Below, piece by piece: positions 1-11,389 of a stretch of DNA of 64,000 nt; the stretch's first letter is position 1; every line of letters begins with the position of its first letter. This stretch comes from Octopus sinensis (taxonomy: Eukaryota), in assembly GCF_006345805.1 (NCBI RefSeq), contig NC_042998.1:117118001-117182000 (forward strand). Reading direction: 5' to 3'. Under the pieces are notes generated by a model that was given only the letters and a program-made list of their open reading frames with translations, made no database searches and was not told the origin of the DNA. A program made the position numbers and the translations under genes.

Positions 1-3
1 TAC

Positions 4-61
<58 letters not shown>

Positions 62-154
62 TGTGGTACATAAATAGATGCATACATACATATAGATATG
101 TATATGTATATATTATATATTATATATATATATATATATCTAAATCCATACACA

Positions 155-244
<90 letters not shown>

Positions 245-260
245 ATGCATATATGTATAT
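1..260. repeat. Compound microsatellite (TA)n/(GA)n/(CA)n
   Basis: Dinucleotide runs read directly; they generate the spurious YI/TH ORFs. Confidence 0.97.
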
Positions 261-271
261 ACATATCAGTA

Positions 272-770
272 TCTATAAAGCTAAAATGCGAAAAAGTTGT
301 TTGTCTCAGTTTGAGATGGGAACAGTTTAAGGGGCGGGAAATGGGGTCAGATTGGCGCCAAATTTTACAGGGACATATACAAAGAGGCGAGGAAGCGACT
401 GGACTATGCTAGAAAATCTGTGGTTACTAGGGCAACAAAACCCAGACGTTGACAAGTGTTTGTTGTTTTTTTCTCTCTTTCAGATATCCCCCTGTCTTCC
501 TCGATCTCTCTCTTTCCTTCCTTCCCTCCAAATTCTCTGTATAACGACGTTTGACACCTTCCACTCTCATTCCCTCTCTGCCTTCACCGGCTCTCTGTCA
601 CTCTTTCTCCCACCACTTCTCTCACTGTACGTCTGTCTGTATCTATAGAGAGAAAGCGTTGACAGCCCAAAAGTTTAAATATTCCCGCCACAGGTCTTTA
701 AGAACTGTGAATTATTATCACCCGCCACAACGCACAATCGTAACAGATATTATTAATCAGATATAATGTG
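272..770 (+). mobile_element. 5' fragment of a non-autonomous Helitron-like element
   Basis: Starts A|TCTATAAAGCTAAAATGCGAAAAAG and matches 6085-6200 over ~120 bp (TTTGAGATGGGAAC.GTTTAAGG...GGCGCCAAA). No 3' CTAG end is seen; the right boundary is approximate. Confidence 0.45.
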
Positions 771-969
771 TTAATGTATATATATATATGTGTGTGTATG
801 TGTGCGTGTATGTGTGTGTATGTGTGTGTGTGTGTATGAATATATGTATAATGTGTATACATATCTATATATGTATATATTTGATTTTGATTTTGATTTT
901 TCCAGTTTCAGCTTATGAGCTGTGGCCATGCTGGGGCACCGCCATTTGGTGTTGCTACTTGGTTTCACT

Positions 970-3966
970 TCATGAAGGCTTTCTAGCAGCTGCTATTTGG
1001 TGCATGAGAGAGTTCGATGCAGCTGCCCTCATCTGCCCCTCCTGCCGTGAAGTTGGTTCATCTGGGACACCTGACAGGAAGAGATCCAGCTTCATTTTAA
1101 AGACATCTGTATCCACCCCATGCAGGTCTCTCAGGTTCTTCGGGAGGATATTGAAGAGCTGTGGGCCTCGGAAGCCCAGGCTATCACAGAATCTTGTCCT
1201 ACATCTTGATGGCAAGTTTGGAGTCCTAGGCACCACGCAGTGGCGCCCAGTTCTGGCATTTGCGTAACTCTCGATGCCAAAGTTCAGGACACTTCCCTCC
1301 AGGATCTTCCAGATGTATATTATGGCATATCTTTTCCGCCTACGCTCCAGGGAATATAATTTTAATTTCCTGAGTCTTTCCCAGTAGCTTACATTCTGCA
1401 TAGAGGCTATCTTCTTCGTGTAGATACGTTGGATCGTCTCGAGCTCTGTGATCAACTTGACACTGGATGGTGACCATAACTGAGAGCAGTAGTCAAAGTG
1501 GCTTAGGACAAGTGTCCTCCAGAGGACCATCATGGTTTCTTGTTCTCTTGTTCTAAAGGTTCTGAGGATCCATCCGGCCAGTCGTCTACATTTCATTGCC
1601 AATTTAGCAACATGTACACGAAAGGTCGAGTCATCACTCATGTAAATACCCAGGTCACGCACTGATTGTGCCTCTGGGATTGCTATTCCTCCGGGTCCAG
1701 TGTATTCATTGGGTATTGCATTTAGTTTTGCATGCTGATACTATAGAGCTTGAAACTTTTCAGCATTGAACTGCATGCTATTCTTTTCGGCCCACTTGTA
1801 TATTTTGTCTAGCTCACATTGCAGGTGTTTAGTGTCCTCAGGGTTCTGTATTGCCTGTGAAACTTTTGTATCATCTGCATAACTTGTGATCGTGGCTCTC
1901 TGCGTGGCTGAGGGCATGTCTGAGAGGGCCATTATGAACAGTAGTGGTCCCAGAACAGTGCCCTGCGGAACACCGCTCATTATTTGCGTGTTAATGGAAG
2001 TGGCCCCATTGGCCACTACCACCTGACTTCTATCTTTCAGAAAGTCATGAAGCCATTCTCCCAGTTTTCCGACTATGTTGAGATCACGCAGTTTGTGACA
2101 TATCATTCCATGATCGACTTTATCAAAGGCCTTTGCAAAGTCGAGATATATCACTTCCACATTTGAGTGGTTGAGCAGCCGTTTCGGCACCCAGTCATAG
2201 TGTTGTAGGAGCTGAGTTAAACAGCTTCTCCCTGGTCGGAAACCATGTTGGGTGTCGGGCAGCAAGTCATTTTCTTCAAGGAAGGTGATCAGCTTCCTTC
2301 TGACTATTCGTTCCATGACCTTGCTGATGTGTGAGGTCAGAGAGATAGGTCTATAGTTCTTGGCTTCCGCTCTGCTACCTCCTTTATGAATGGGGCATAT
2401 TTTACCTTCCTTCAGTTTTCTTGGAAGTTTGCCAGCTGCAAGGAAGCTCTGAAAGAGGAACTGCAGTGGTCTTGCTAGGACTCTCTTACATGCTTTTAGG
2501 AGGATTGCCGGGAATCCATCGGGGCCAGTAGCTGAGTCTGTTTTCATTTCATCTATAGCCTTGATTACATCGTCTTCCTTTATATCGATGTAATCTATCG
2601 TCGCCGCCTCTGATTTTATATCTGCAGTGGTAAAAAAGTCAGTTGGATTGGTGATTTGGAGATGCCCAAGGGGTGGAGTGAAAACACTCTTGAATTGCTC
2701 ATTCAGTATTTCACATACCCTCATTGGTTTTCCTGTAAGTGTGCCATCCTTTTCGAGGAGTGGCCCTATTCTACAATGCACCGTAGCTGTTTCTTTGGCA
2801 TACCTGTAGAAAGCTCTGGGGTTAGATTTTATGTTGTCTATAGCCCAGGCTTCTTTGTCTGCTCTTTCCTTTTCATGGTAGAGTTTCAGACATTTTTCGA
2901 TTTCCAACAGTTTTATTTTTAGGCGGGACTTTTCACTGCTTTCAATCTGTTTGTTTAGGGGATTTGAAAATTTTGTACGCCGTCTCATTAGAATTTTCCT
3001 CTCTCTGGGGATTTTGTTCTTGTGTACAGTGGCCTTTCTCTCTGGGACATATTTGTAGCATATGGCTTGCATTACAGACATGAATTGTTGAAGTTTCACG
3101 TCGATGTCTGGCGAGGAGAGACATTTAGGCCAGTTTTGTTTGAGGATCTCTTTCTCAATTTGTTTCCAGTTTGCCTTATGGTAGTTCAAGCTGGAAAGAT
3201 TCTGGGGGTTTCTTGTAGGCTGCATGTCCGTGCTCTCTTTTGGCCCGTACATGGTCAGCTCTATCATGTTGTGATCCGAGAGTAGTGTCGGTGTCACTTT
3301 CACATTATGGATGAGATCCATGTCATTTGTGAAGCAGAGATCCAGTGTGTTACCTGCTCTGGTTGGTTGGAGTATTACCTGCTCCATGTACAGGGTGTTG
3401 ATGAGGTTCAGGAGGGACCTCGCCTGTCCTCGTTCACATCTTGTCATTCCTGGGAGAGAAAGGCCCTCGGGCCATCTGACATTTGGCAGATTGAAGTCTC
3501 CCATAAGAAGTACACTTATGTGTTGTTCTAATGTGGTTAGAACTTCTTCTATTTTTATAAGGCTGTCTTCAAACTTGCCCACATGGCTTGGGGCATCTGG
3601 AGGGCGATATGTAGCACACACAACTACATCAAGTTGCCTAATATGTACAATTAGTGTGTCACACACCGAGTTTGAGTATGACAAGAGGACCTGGGGTGTG
3701 AGGTCCTCACGGATGTACATAGCAACACTTCCATGACTCCTTTCTTTTCTGTCGGTCCGTAGTACAGCATACTGTGGTATGTGTAACTCCGCATCTGCTA
3801 TATCCGGTTTCAGGTGCGTTTCCGTCAGTGCTATGCATAAGGCTTGATTGCATGCAACAAAATCTCTCAGGAACGGGATTTTTGTCCTGTTACTGAGTGT
3901 TTGCAGTCCTCTGATGTTCAGTAGGAGCATCGAGGTGAGGTGTACGTTGTTGCCGGTGGTGTCCAT
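970..3966 (-). pseudogene. LINE ORF2 (APE endonuclease + reverse transcriptase) with one in-frame stop
   Basis: Motifs LLNIRGL, ALTETHL, GDFNLP, SDH (EN); NYRPISLTS, QHGFRPGRS, YLDFAKAFD, GVPQGTVLGP, YADD (RT). Track ORFs 1741-4077 and 970-1662 are in the same frame; the linker reads FQAL*YQHAKLNAIPNEYTGPGGIAIPEAQSVRDLG with TAG at 1741-1743. Probable start is the ATG at 3964-3966. Confidence 0.93.
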
Positions 3967-4821
3967 CCTGGGTCTGTTTGCTGTGGTGGTGGTCTGGTAT
4001 ATAGTGGGTAGTCCCACCTGCGGGCTTGGGTTTGATGAAGCCAGGTCAGCTGCTGTACAATCTTTTGTGCCATGCACAAAAAAGATTGTTGCTCAGCAGC
4101 TGCCCTTTCGACAACATCATGTTGGTGGTTTGTGGCACGCACAACATCTGCGTACCTCCGCTTGGGGCAAGTGGTGCGTGGTCCATCCCTTTTCCTTGTG
4201 TTGATGGTTTGTCCATCTGCCTCGTGTCTCTGTGGCAGGGTCCCCGATGTGCAAAGCGGCAGCCTGCACCTTCCTTTCCATGCCAACAGGAACCTCTCAG
4301 GTAGAACCTACACACCTGTGTGCGCTGTCCGTTTCCATCTTTTGCGGTTCCACTTCTATTCCTGGTTTTTTCACCCTTTGGTCCTGCTTGAGCTCTTCTT
4401 TAGCTCTACCAGCCCTTCTTTTAGTTCTTCTTCCTCCCTCTACCTCTTCACCGGGTTCTCCGTCTCCATGGCCTTTGCTGCCGGTTGGAGAACTTGCACC
4501 TGGGTTCACTTCCGGGCAGGTTTCTCATTCAAAACCTCCTCCCGGCATCCACCAGGTGGGGGTGACTTCTTTCATCGTCTCCATTCTTGTCATCTTTGCC
4601 TCGCTCGTTCTCAAAGATGGCATCAAGTGCGCCAATGTGCGACCGTACAAGCGCATATGAGCGCACGAATTCCCGTCTCTTTCGCTCCATCTGAGCCGCT
4701 GTCTCTTGTAGCCTCTGCTCTTCAGCGCAGCCGCAATCACCTCGCTAGGGCTATCTCCGCCGGCGCACTCCCATGCTTGTACGAATAAATCCAGCTCGTC
4801 AGGTCTCCATGCTCTGGACAT
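3918..4821 (-). pseudogene. LINE ORF1, frameshifted (Myb/SANT-like N-terminus + CCCH zinc finger)
   Basis: MSRAWRPDELDLFVQAW...IAAALKSRGYK; a frame change near 4703 restores RTAAQMERKRREFVRSYALVR. CCCH finger CRFYLRGSCWHGKEGAGCRFAH at ~4250-4315 follows a frameshift in a CA run near 4320. Confidence 0.75.
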
Positions 4822-4880
4822 GCTGGATGATCTGTCTATTTGTTTATCGATTTAACTATGTTCGAGAGAAGACAAGAAGA

Positions 4881-5390
4881 TATTTAATCTTAAGGCTAAT
4901 TATGGGATAGAATATTATTAATATTAACAATATTAAAGTTTGTGGGTAAAAACGTTATTTAATCTTAGGCTAATTAGAGGATAGAGTATCTGAAAATATG
5001 TTAACAATATTACAATTATATTAAAGTGTGGGTAATAATCATTATTTAATCTTGAGGCTAATTAGAAGGTAGAGCATCCAAAAATATATTAAAGTGTGGG
5101 TGAAAAAGTTAAAGTTAAAGTGTGGGTAAAACGTTATTTAATCTTAAGGCTAATTAGAGGATAGAGTATCTGAAAATATATTAACAAATATTTAAAATGT
5201 GGGTAAAAAGGCTAATTAGAAAGATATTAGAGTGTGGGTAAAAAATTAGATGTTAAAGTGTGGGTAATAAACGTTGTTTATTCTTAAGACTAATTAGAAG
5301 ATAGAGTATCTGAAAAATTATTAACAATAAACAGTATTAAACGTTATTTAATCTTAAGGCTAATTAGAAGATGGAGTATCTGAAAGAGGT
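4881..5390. repeat. Degenerate tandem array, ~6 units of ~70-90 bp, upstream of LINE ORF1
   Basis: The motif ATTTAATCTTAAGGCTAATTAGA.GATAGAGTATCTGAAAA...GTGTGGGTAAAA recurs at ~4881, 4957, 5044, 5136, 5277 and 5346. Confidence 0.9.
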
Positions 5391-6084
5391 AAGAAAGAGG
5401 GGAAAGATTAGTTATCTATATAAAGTTCATGAAAGTTCACGTCCATGTATATATACGCATACATATATACATACGCGCACACACACATACATACACGTGC
5501 ACACACATACACATATACACAGACGGGGAGAGAAGGAAGGTGGAAAAAAAGAAAGAAAATGAGTGAAAATATATTAAAATATATATATATTTTAAAGTGT
5601 GAAGAAAGGGTTATTTAATTTTGAAGCCAAATTCTGCTTTCGAGACAGTTATTGAAATGTAAACAAAAAAAAAAAATAGCGATCGTAAACTTTAACGGAG
5701 ATGTGGGCTTAAGTTATATAAAATAGGATAATAAACAAAATATGAAATAGAAGATGAAAGTGATACTTAATCCAACGATGTGGTCTGGATTTTTCGTGGT
5801 TTTTTTCGTGGTTATTTTCCAGGAGATGTTTCTTTTTCCTTCTACAGTGGATTTTTTTCACCATGTGCGTTTTCGGTGAAAAGAAAAAATTTTACTGTGT
5901 TTGGCTTCAGGCAAAATATATTACGTTTTTGATTAATATATTTGTAGCCGAAGTGTTGTAGTGGGCTTTATGAGTTGAATTTGTAACTTTCAGTAGATTA
6001 TTTCACCGATTTATGCACACTTTCTGCTTTTTAAACAGAGCAAAGACTATACACGACTCTCCCTGTCGGATCCGAAAATCAATA

Positions 6085-7180
6085 TCTATAAAGCTGAAAT
6101 GCGAAAAAGTTTGATTTCTTGGTTATTTGTCTCATTTTGAGATGGGAACGGTTTAAGGAGTGGTAGATGGGGTCGGATTAGCGCCAAAATTTACACCAGG
6201 GATGAAATGGGGTAGACAATGGTGTGAGGGAGGTTGCAAGTAGCTCGGGGCTACCGTTATGGGATAGTCAGGTTGCGCTTTTTGAATAATGGTGGCTTTT
6301 CGTGTTGCTGCACGGGCTAGAGGCGGTTATGTTTAATCTAATCTATAAAATAAAGAAGGCAGAAGTTGATACAAATTGGGTTTTTATGTAAAAAGAGGTC
6401 TAAATGGGGCTGGAAGGGGATTAAAATTTAGAGGAGGAGGTAACTTGAGGCGTGAAATTGATAGGAAAACTTTTGGGGTGCTACAGTGGTTGCTTTGGTG
6501 TGAAAACGGGGATTTTCTTGCTTTGGGGGGACACTTGAGAGTCTAGAATGGACACCTTTTGCCCGATTTCAATCAAATTTTGAACATGGTAAAGTGGAAG
6601 CGGATTTGTAATTTAAGCGCAGAAAACGGGTTCCAAATTTTGAAAATTAAGGTAATAATGTTGAAGTTGAAAAATTTTCTTATTTTTACGTATTTTTGTC
6701 GTTTATTTTTTATTGTTTACTGTTTTCATCTCTTCTGAAAGAAATTTACAACTGCATGTAGCCCGTGTATAGACCTTTCATTTGCATGGTGAATCGCCGA
6801 AAAAATTCCCAAAATAAGTACTAAATTCAACAAAAAATCCTTTTTTCCTTATATTAATCGCTCAAATAGTGGCACCTACAAAAGGCAAGTGTGCTTACCG
6901 TTGTCACTGCCTGATATTTATGATTAATCTTTCTAAATATTTTCTTTATTAACTTACACAAGATCTTTTGTTGTTTTATAAATGGGAGAGAGATAGATAA
7001 AGATAGAGAGTAAGAGAAAGCGAGGGAGAATCCGATAGAAAGGAAGAATAAGGATGGTAAAGTGAGAGAGAAAGGAGAGAGATACAAAGAGATAGAATGT
7101 GGCGAAAAGAGACAGAAAGGAAGCAACAGAAAGTAACAACCACACCCTCACCCACGCGTAGAGCGAGTCACCTTAAGCTA

Positions 7181-7181
<1 letters not shown>
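6085..7181 (+). mobile_element. Non-autonomous Helitron
   Basis: 5' A|TCTATAAAGCTG at 6085; 3' degenerate GC-rich hairpin (CCCACGCGTAGAGCGAGT) followed by CTAG|T at 7178-7181. These are canonical Helitron termini at an AT site with no TSD. Confidence 0.7.
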
Positions 7182-7212
<31 letters not shown>

Positions 7213-7222
<10 letters not shown>

Positions 7223-8209
7223 TCTGTTGTGTCGGGGGAGAGTCATTTTCTTATTGTTCCTTATAATTTAACACACTCACCGGTAAAATTTCCACTTATT
7301 TCTTATTTTTATTTTCCTAAAATTTTCTTTGCGTCTCACAACCGTTTCAATAGCTTTGATTTTGTCCGTTATTTACACTGTGCTCCTGTTTGTTTGTTTG
7401 TGGGCATGTGTGTGGATCAGGGTGTGTGTGTGTGTGCGTGTGTGTGTGTGAGCGTGTGTTCGTATAAGTATGCACTTCTGTTTCTTTGTTTGTGCATCTC
7501 TGTGTGTGTGTTTTGCAACTATGTACCGTGTTTGTATGTATGGATGTGCATTTCTACATATGTGAACCCGTCTCTCCACAGGTGCCCTTTTGTAGAGTAA
7601 AGTGTGTGTATATATGGTCATGTGTTTCAGTCTCCATTTGCGTATGTGTGCTTGTCTGTTACACAATATACACAGGTATAGTAGAATAGTTAGTGGGCTG
7701 CTATGTAGATAGATGTATGCATGTGTGTGTGGATGTGTATGCATATGTATGTAAGCATATGGATATGAATAGAAACAGATCAACATACAGACGGATAGGT
7801 GCATAGGTTATATGAAAAGACAAGCACACCTACTTAAATGGAGATTGAAACACATGACCATATATAAACATACACTTTACCCCACCCAAGGGTACATATG
7901 CTACATAGTTTATTCCACACAAGGACACACGTGGTACATAGTTGTAAAACACACACACACAGGCATGCACCCAGAAGGAGACAGAGGTGCATACATATAC
8001 AAACACATGCTCACACACACATACATAGAAAATACACAAACACGGACATGCAAGCACATGAATATGTAGACTGCATACATACAGATGCACACACTTACAT
8101 ATATACATATGCATACACACACATGTATACATACACACATGCATATATACATACACACACATACATACATACATACATACATACATACAGACATGCATGC
8201 ATAGGCACA

Positions 8210-8258
<49 letters not shown>

Positions 8259-8460
8259 CTAACCCACACACATGCGCACAAACAAACAGAAAGGAACGCA
8301 GTGTAAATAACGGACAGAATCAAGACTATTGTAGGAATATTTTAGGAAAAGAAAAATAAGAAATAAGTGGAATATTTACCGGTGAGTGTGTTAAATTATA
8401 AGGCACAAGAAGAAAATTACTTTCCCCAGATACAACGGAATATACTTCAACACACGAACT
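7213..8460. repeat. Old fold-back (long inverted repeat) element flanked by (TA)n
   Basis: 7213-7690 is an imperfect reverse complement of ~7810-8460, e.g. TTATAATTTAACACACTCACCGGTAAA / TTTACCGGTGAGTGTGTTAAATTATAA and GTCCGTTATTTACACTG / CAGTGTAAATAACGGAC. Confidence 0.8.
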
Positions 8461-8504
8461 CACATAAAGAATCTTGCCAACCAAATCCCCAAACGAAATA
8501 TAGG

Positions 8505-8544
<40 letters not shown>

Positions 8545-10399
8545 AATATAAGTATATGTATGCAAGTACGTATGTATGTATGTATATATGTATATGTGTA
8601 TGTATGTATGTATGTATGTATGTATGTATGAATTTATGCACGTCGTTTTAGATGACAAGAGGTTACGCCGCTAGAAGCTGTTCCTTTTCTAAATATACGT
8701 CTTGTCACAAATTGTATAGTGTTCCTATTCTTGTTGTATACTCCTATGCAGATACCAGGCGACATTCTTATATGCTTATGTACATAGAGTAACAAAGACA
8801 GAGATTCAAGAAAACGGATATAAATGTATATAATTCCATTATTTACAAGGGAGATTTTAAAACATTCGATGTGTTCTGTTTGCGTCTTTATATGAAAATT
8901 GGATTTCAATGTATGTATATCATGCGTGTAAGTTTTCATTCAAAATTTAAATGATATGATATAAACATTACTTAGTGTATTATTTAAGCTTTGCAATTTA
9001 AAGACATTTGACAGGGAGAGGCAGCAATACTGAGTGAGTGATACAAGTAGAAATAGACAGTGAGAGAGAAAGAGGAGGGGAAATGGAAATGAGAAATGCT
9101 AATAAATGACATAGAAATGAAGATAAAATGGATAGTGACGAGGCAACTAGGAAAAATATGCAGATAGAAGACTGTTAAGATGATGGAATTTAAAAGATGT
9201 GTTATATTGCATGTAATGCAGTGTAGGTTGGAGTAGAAGCGAAAGTCGAGCATTGATAACCTCGACAGAAATGAATTTCAATGTGAGAAGCTATGCAAAA
9301 TATCTATAAAAAGAAAAATAAATCAACGTTTAATAAAATAAATACAAGTATAAATATATACATACACACTCATACACACACTAAACATTCAGATACATAT
9401 CGTACACGTATGTTCACGAGATCACACACACACATACACACACACACTCTCATAAACACATATAACTATGTGCATGTGTGTATATACATATATGTGCATA
9501 TGTATATACATACATACATATATATATATATGTACATACATACATACATACATACATACATACATACATACATACATACATACATACATACATACATACA
9601 TGCATATGTATATATGTGTGTGCGTGTATATATGCATATATACGCACCTCTCTCTCTATATATATATATACGTATGTGTCCTTGCGTGTGTTTATGTGTG
9701 TGTACGTGCTTACATATAAAAACATTCATACATGAATATATATATGTATATACACATATATATATACATATCTCACAGCTGACAGAAAATTTTACACAGA
9801 AAAATAAATAATTCTTGTGTGGGTATGTGAGAAATGGTAAGAGAAAAGTAGTGCAATTTATTGTTGGTTGTGATTAGAAAGAAAATAAGAGATAATTGTC
9901 ATGGAAATGATGGTATTAATGATAATAACGATGGTAATGGTGAAGATGTTTATCAGAGTGAGGTTAATCGTGATGTCAATGCAGTGGTGATGCTAGCAGT
10001 GCAGCTTGTAGTTTGTAAAATTTGATAGGAGAAATAGGGTGATGGTGGAGTGAATTTTAACGTAGTTGATAATAACTGTTTGTTTGAGATGTCATTGAAA
10101 CTATGACTGGAGGGTCTATACAAGGTTTTGAAATAGAAGCTATACTATGGATAAGATTTAGCAGTACATGTCACAAAGTTCTTGACACATGAACAAATAA
10201 TTCCTGATAACGATAGATAATACTAGTATTAATTAAAAATAAAAATAAAATAATAAAAAACGATACTATAAATACGATAATAGTTTTCCATCACACTCAT
10301 ATACACGACGATGATTGTTAAGTAGCAAAACACTCCCCGGAGGATAGTATGTTGTCTAGTAATATTAATCCATTCCACTACAGGCATCAAGAAGGAATT

Positions 10400-10610
10400 T
10401 TTTTGTGTGCAGGTGGGCGGGTAGGGATTTTTTAAGGAAGTTAGTCGATTACATCCAACCTAGTGTTTAATTCGTACATGTTTTATCAACCTTAAACTGA
10501 TTAAAAACAACATTGACCATGGCTGAATTTGAACTCAGTACTGAAAGACAGGGCAAATCCTGCTAAGTATTGTTACCGGGCTGCTAAAGTTTCTGCAATA
10601 TTGCTGCCAC
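10400..10610 (-). mobile_element. Degenerate SINE (same family as 24700-24900 and 45680-46090)
   Basis: Shares the GTCGATTACATC.ACC...TTTTATC.ACC...GAATTTGAACTC module with the other copies. Confidence 0.55.
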
Positions 10611-10747
10611 AATAGTACTTGATGCTACAGGTAAAAGACTCAGTATGTTGGAGAAGTGGTTTCTTGATTACTATTAATAATAATAGTAATAATAATAATA
10701 ATAATAACAATAATAAAACAACAACAACAACAACAATAATAATAATT

Positions 10748-10810
<63 letters not shown>

Positions 10811-10811
10811 T

Positions 10812-11320
10812 TTTAACTGATTGGAAGTGTTATCATGTACATTGTTTTGTCTTCGTATAAAAGATGGGCTACAGCAAATATTCTGCTCAATACCACAGAT
10901 TTGCTTGTCAGTTTGACCTTAACCAGTTGAGCATGTCCCTTAGTGGCTGACGATATGTGCATCTCTGATCACGAGCAGAAGTAGTGGGGGAGCATCATAG
11001 CCATGTGTTGAGAGGGATTCTTTGGGGTTTGAATAATTCACCTCTGGAAACATGGGTGGTTCTTTCAACATCCTTAAACAACCCTTACTCAGGGACCTTT
11101 TGAGCGGGATGGGCTACTCAACCTGAAGAAAATTCTAACTGGGCCCCACCTGCAAGGTCATGTGCTGTTTATCTTGATATGAGATCACCATGTCACGCAC
11201 ATATGGCTGTGATGCATGTGCCTGGTGTACCCTTATCAGACGGGTAGTCATGATGGGTATATTGGGCTTCGTATATTTTACCCCAGTGTCACTTTGATGG
11301 CATGCACTGCTCTCTCACTC
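10812..11320. mobile_element. ~550-bp unclassified element flanked on both sides by (AAT)n
   Basis: Homologous to 18789-19145 and 58180-58455 (TTAACTG.TTGGAA...ATCATGTACAT...GGGCTACAG.AAATAT.CTGCTCAA; CAGTGTCACTTTGATGGCATGCACTGC). No coding capacity seen. Confidence 0.75.
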
Positions 11321-11361
<41 letters not shown>

Positions 11362-11389
11362 TAATAATAATAATAATAAAAACAACAAT

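Larger units (their letters stand above)
880..5390 (-). mobile_element. Near full-length APE-type LINE (CR1/L2 group)
   Basis: ORF1 remnants, ORF2 with APE endonuclease and RT, a short 3' UTR ending in an (AAAATC)3 tail at ~882-900, and a tandem-repeat region upstream. The clade call is by motif resemblance. Confidence 0.92.

Noticed and set aside
4072-4788. 238-aa plus-strand ORF
   Set aside because: It is antisense to LINE ORF1 in a GC-richer region and has no recognisable motif.
7310-7370. Hammerhead-like spacing on the minus strand of the old fold-back arm (TTGAAAC...GAAAATTTTA)
   Set aside because: The core deviates from CUGANGA and stems I and II do not pair convincingly.
10946-11010. 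CTGACGA...GAAG in the AAT-flanked element as a hammerhead
   Set aside because: No GAAA, and no consistent stems I or III.
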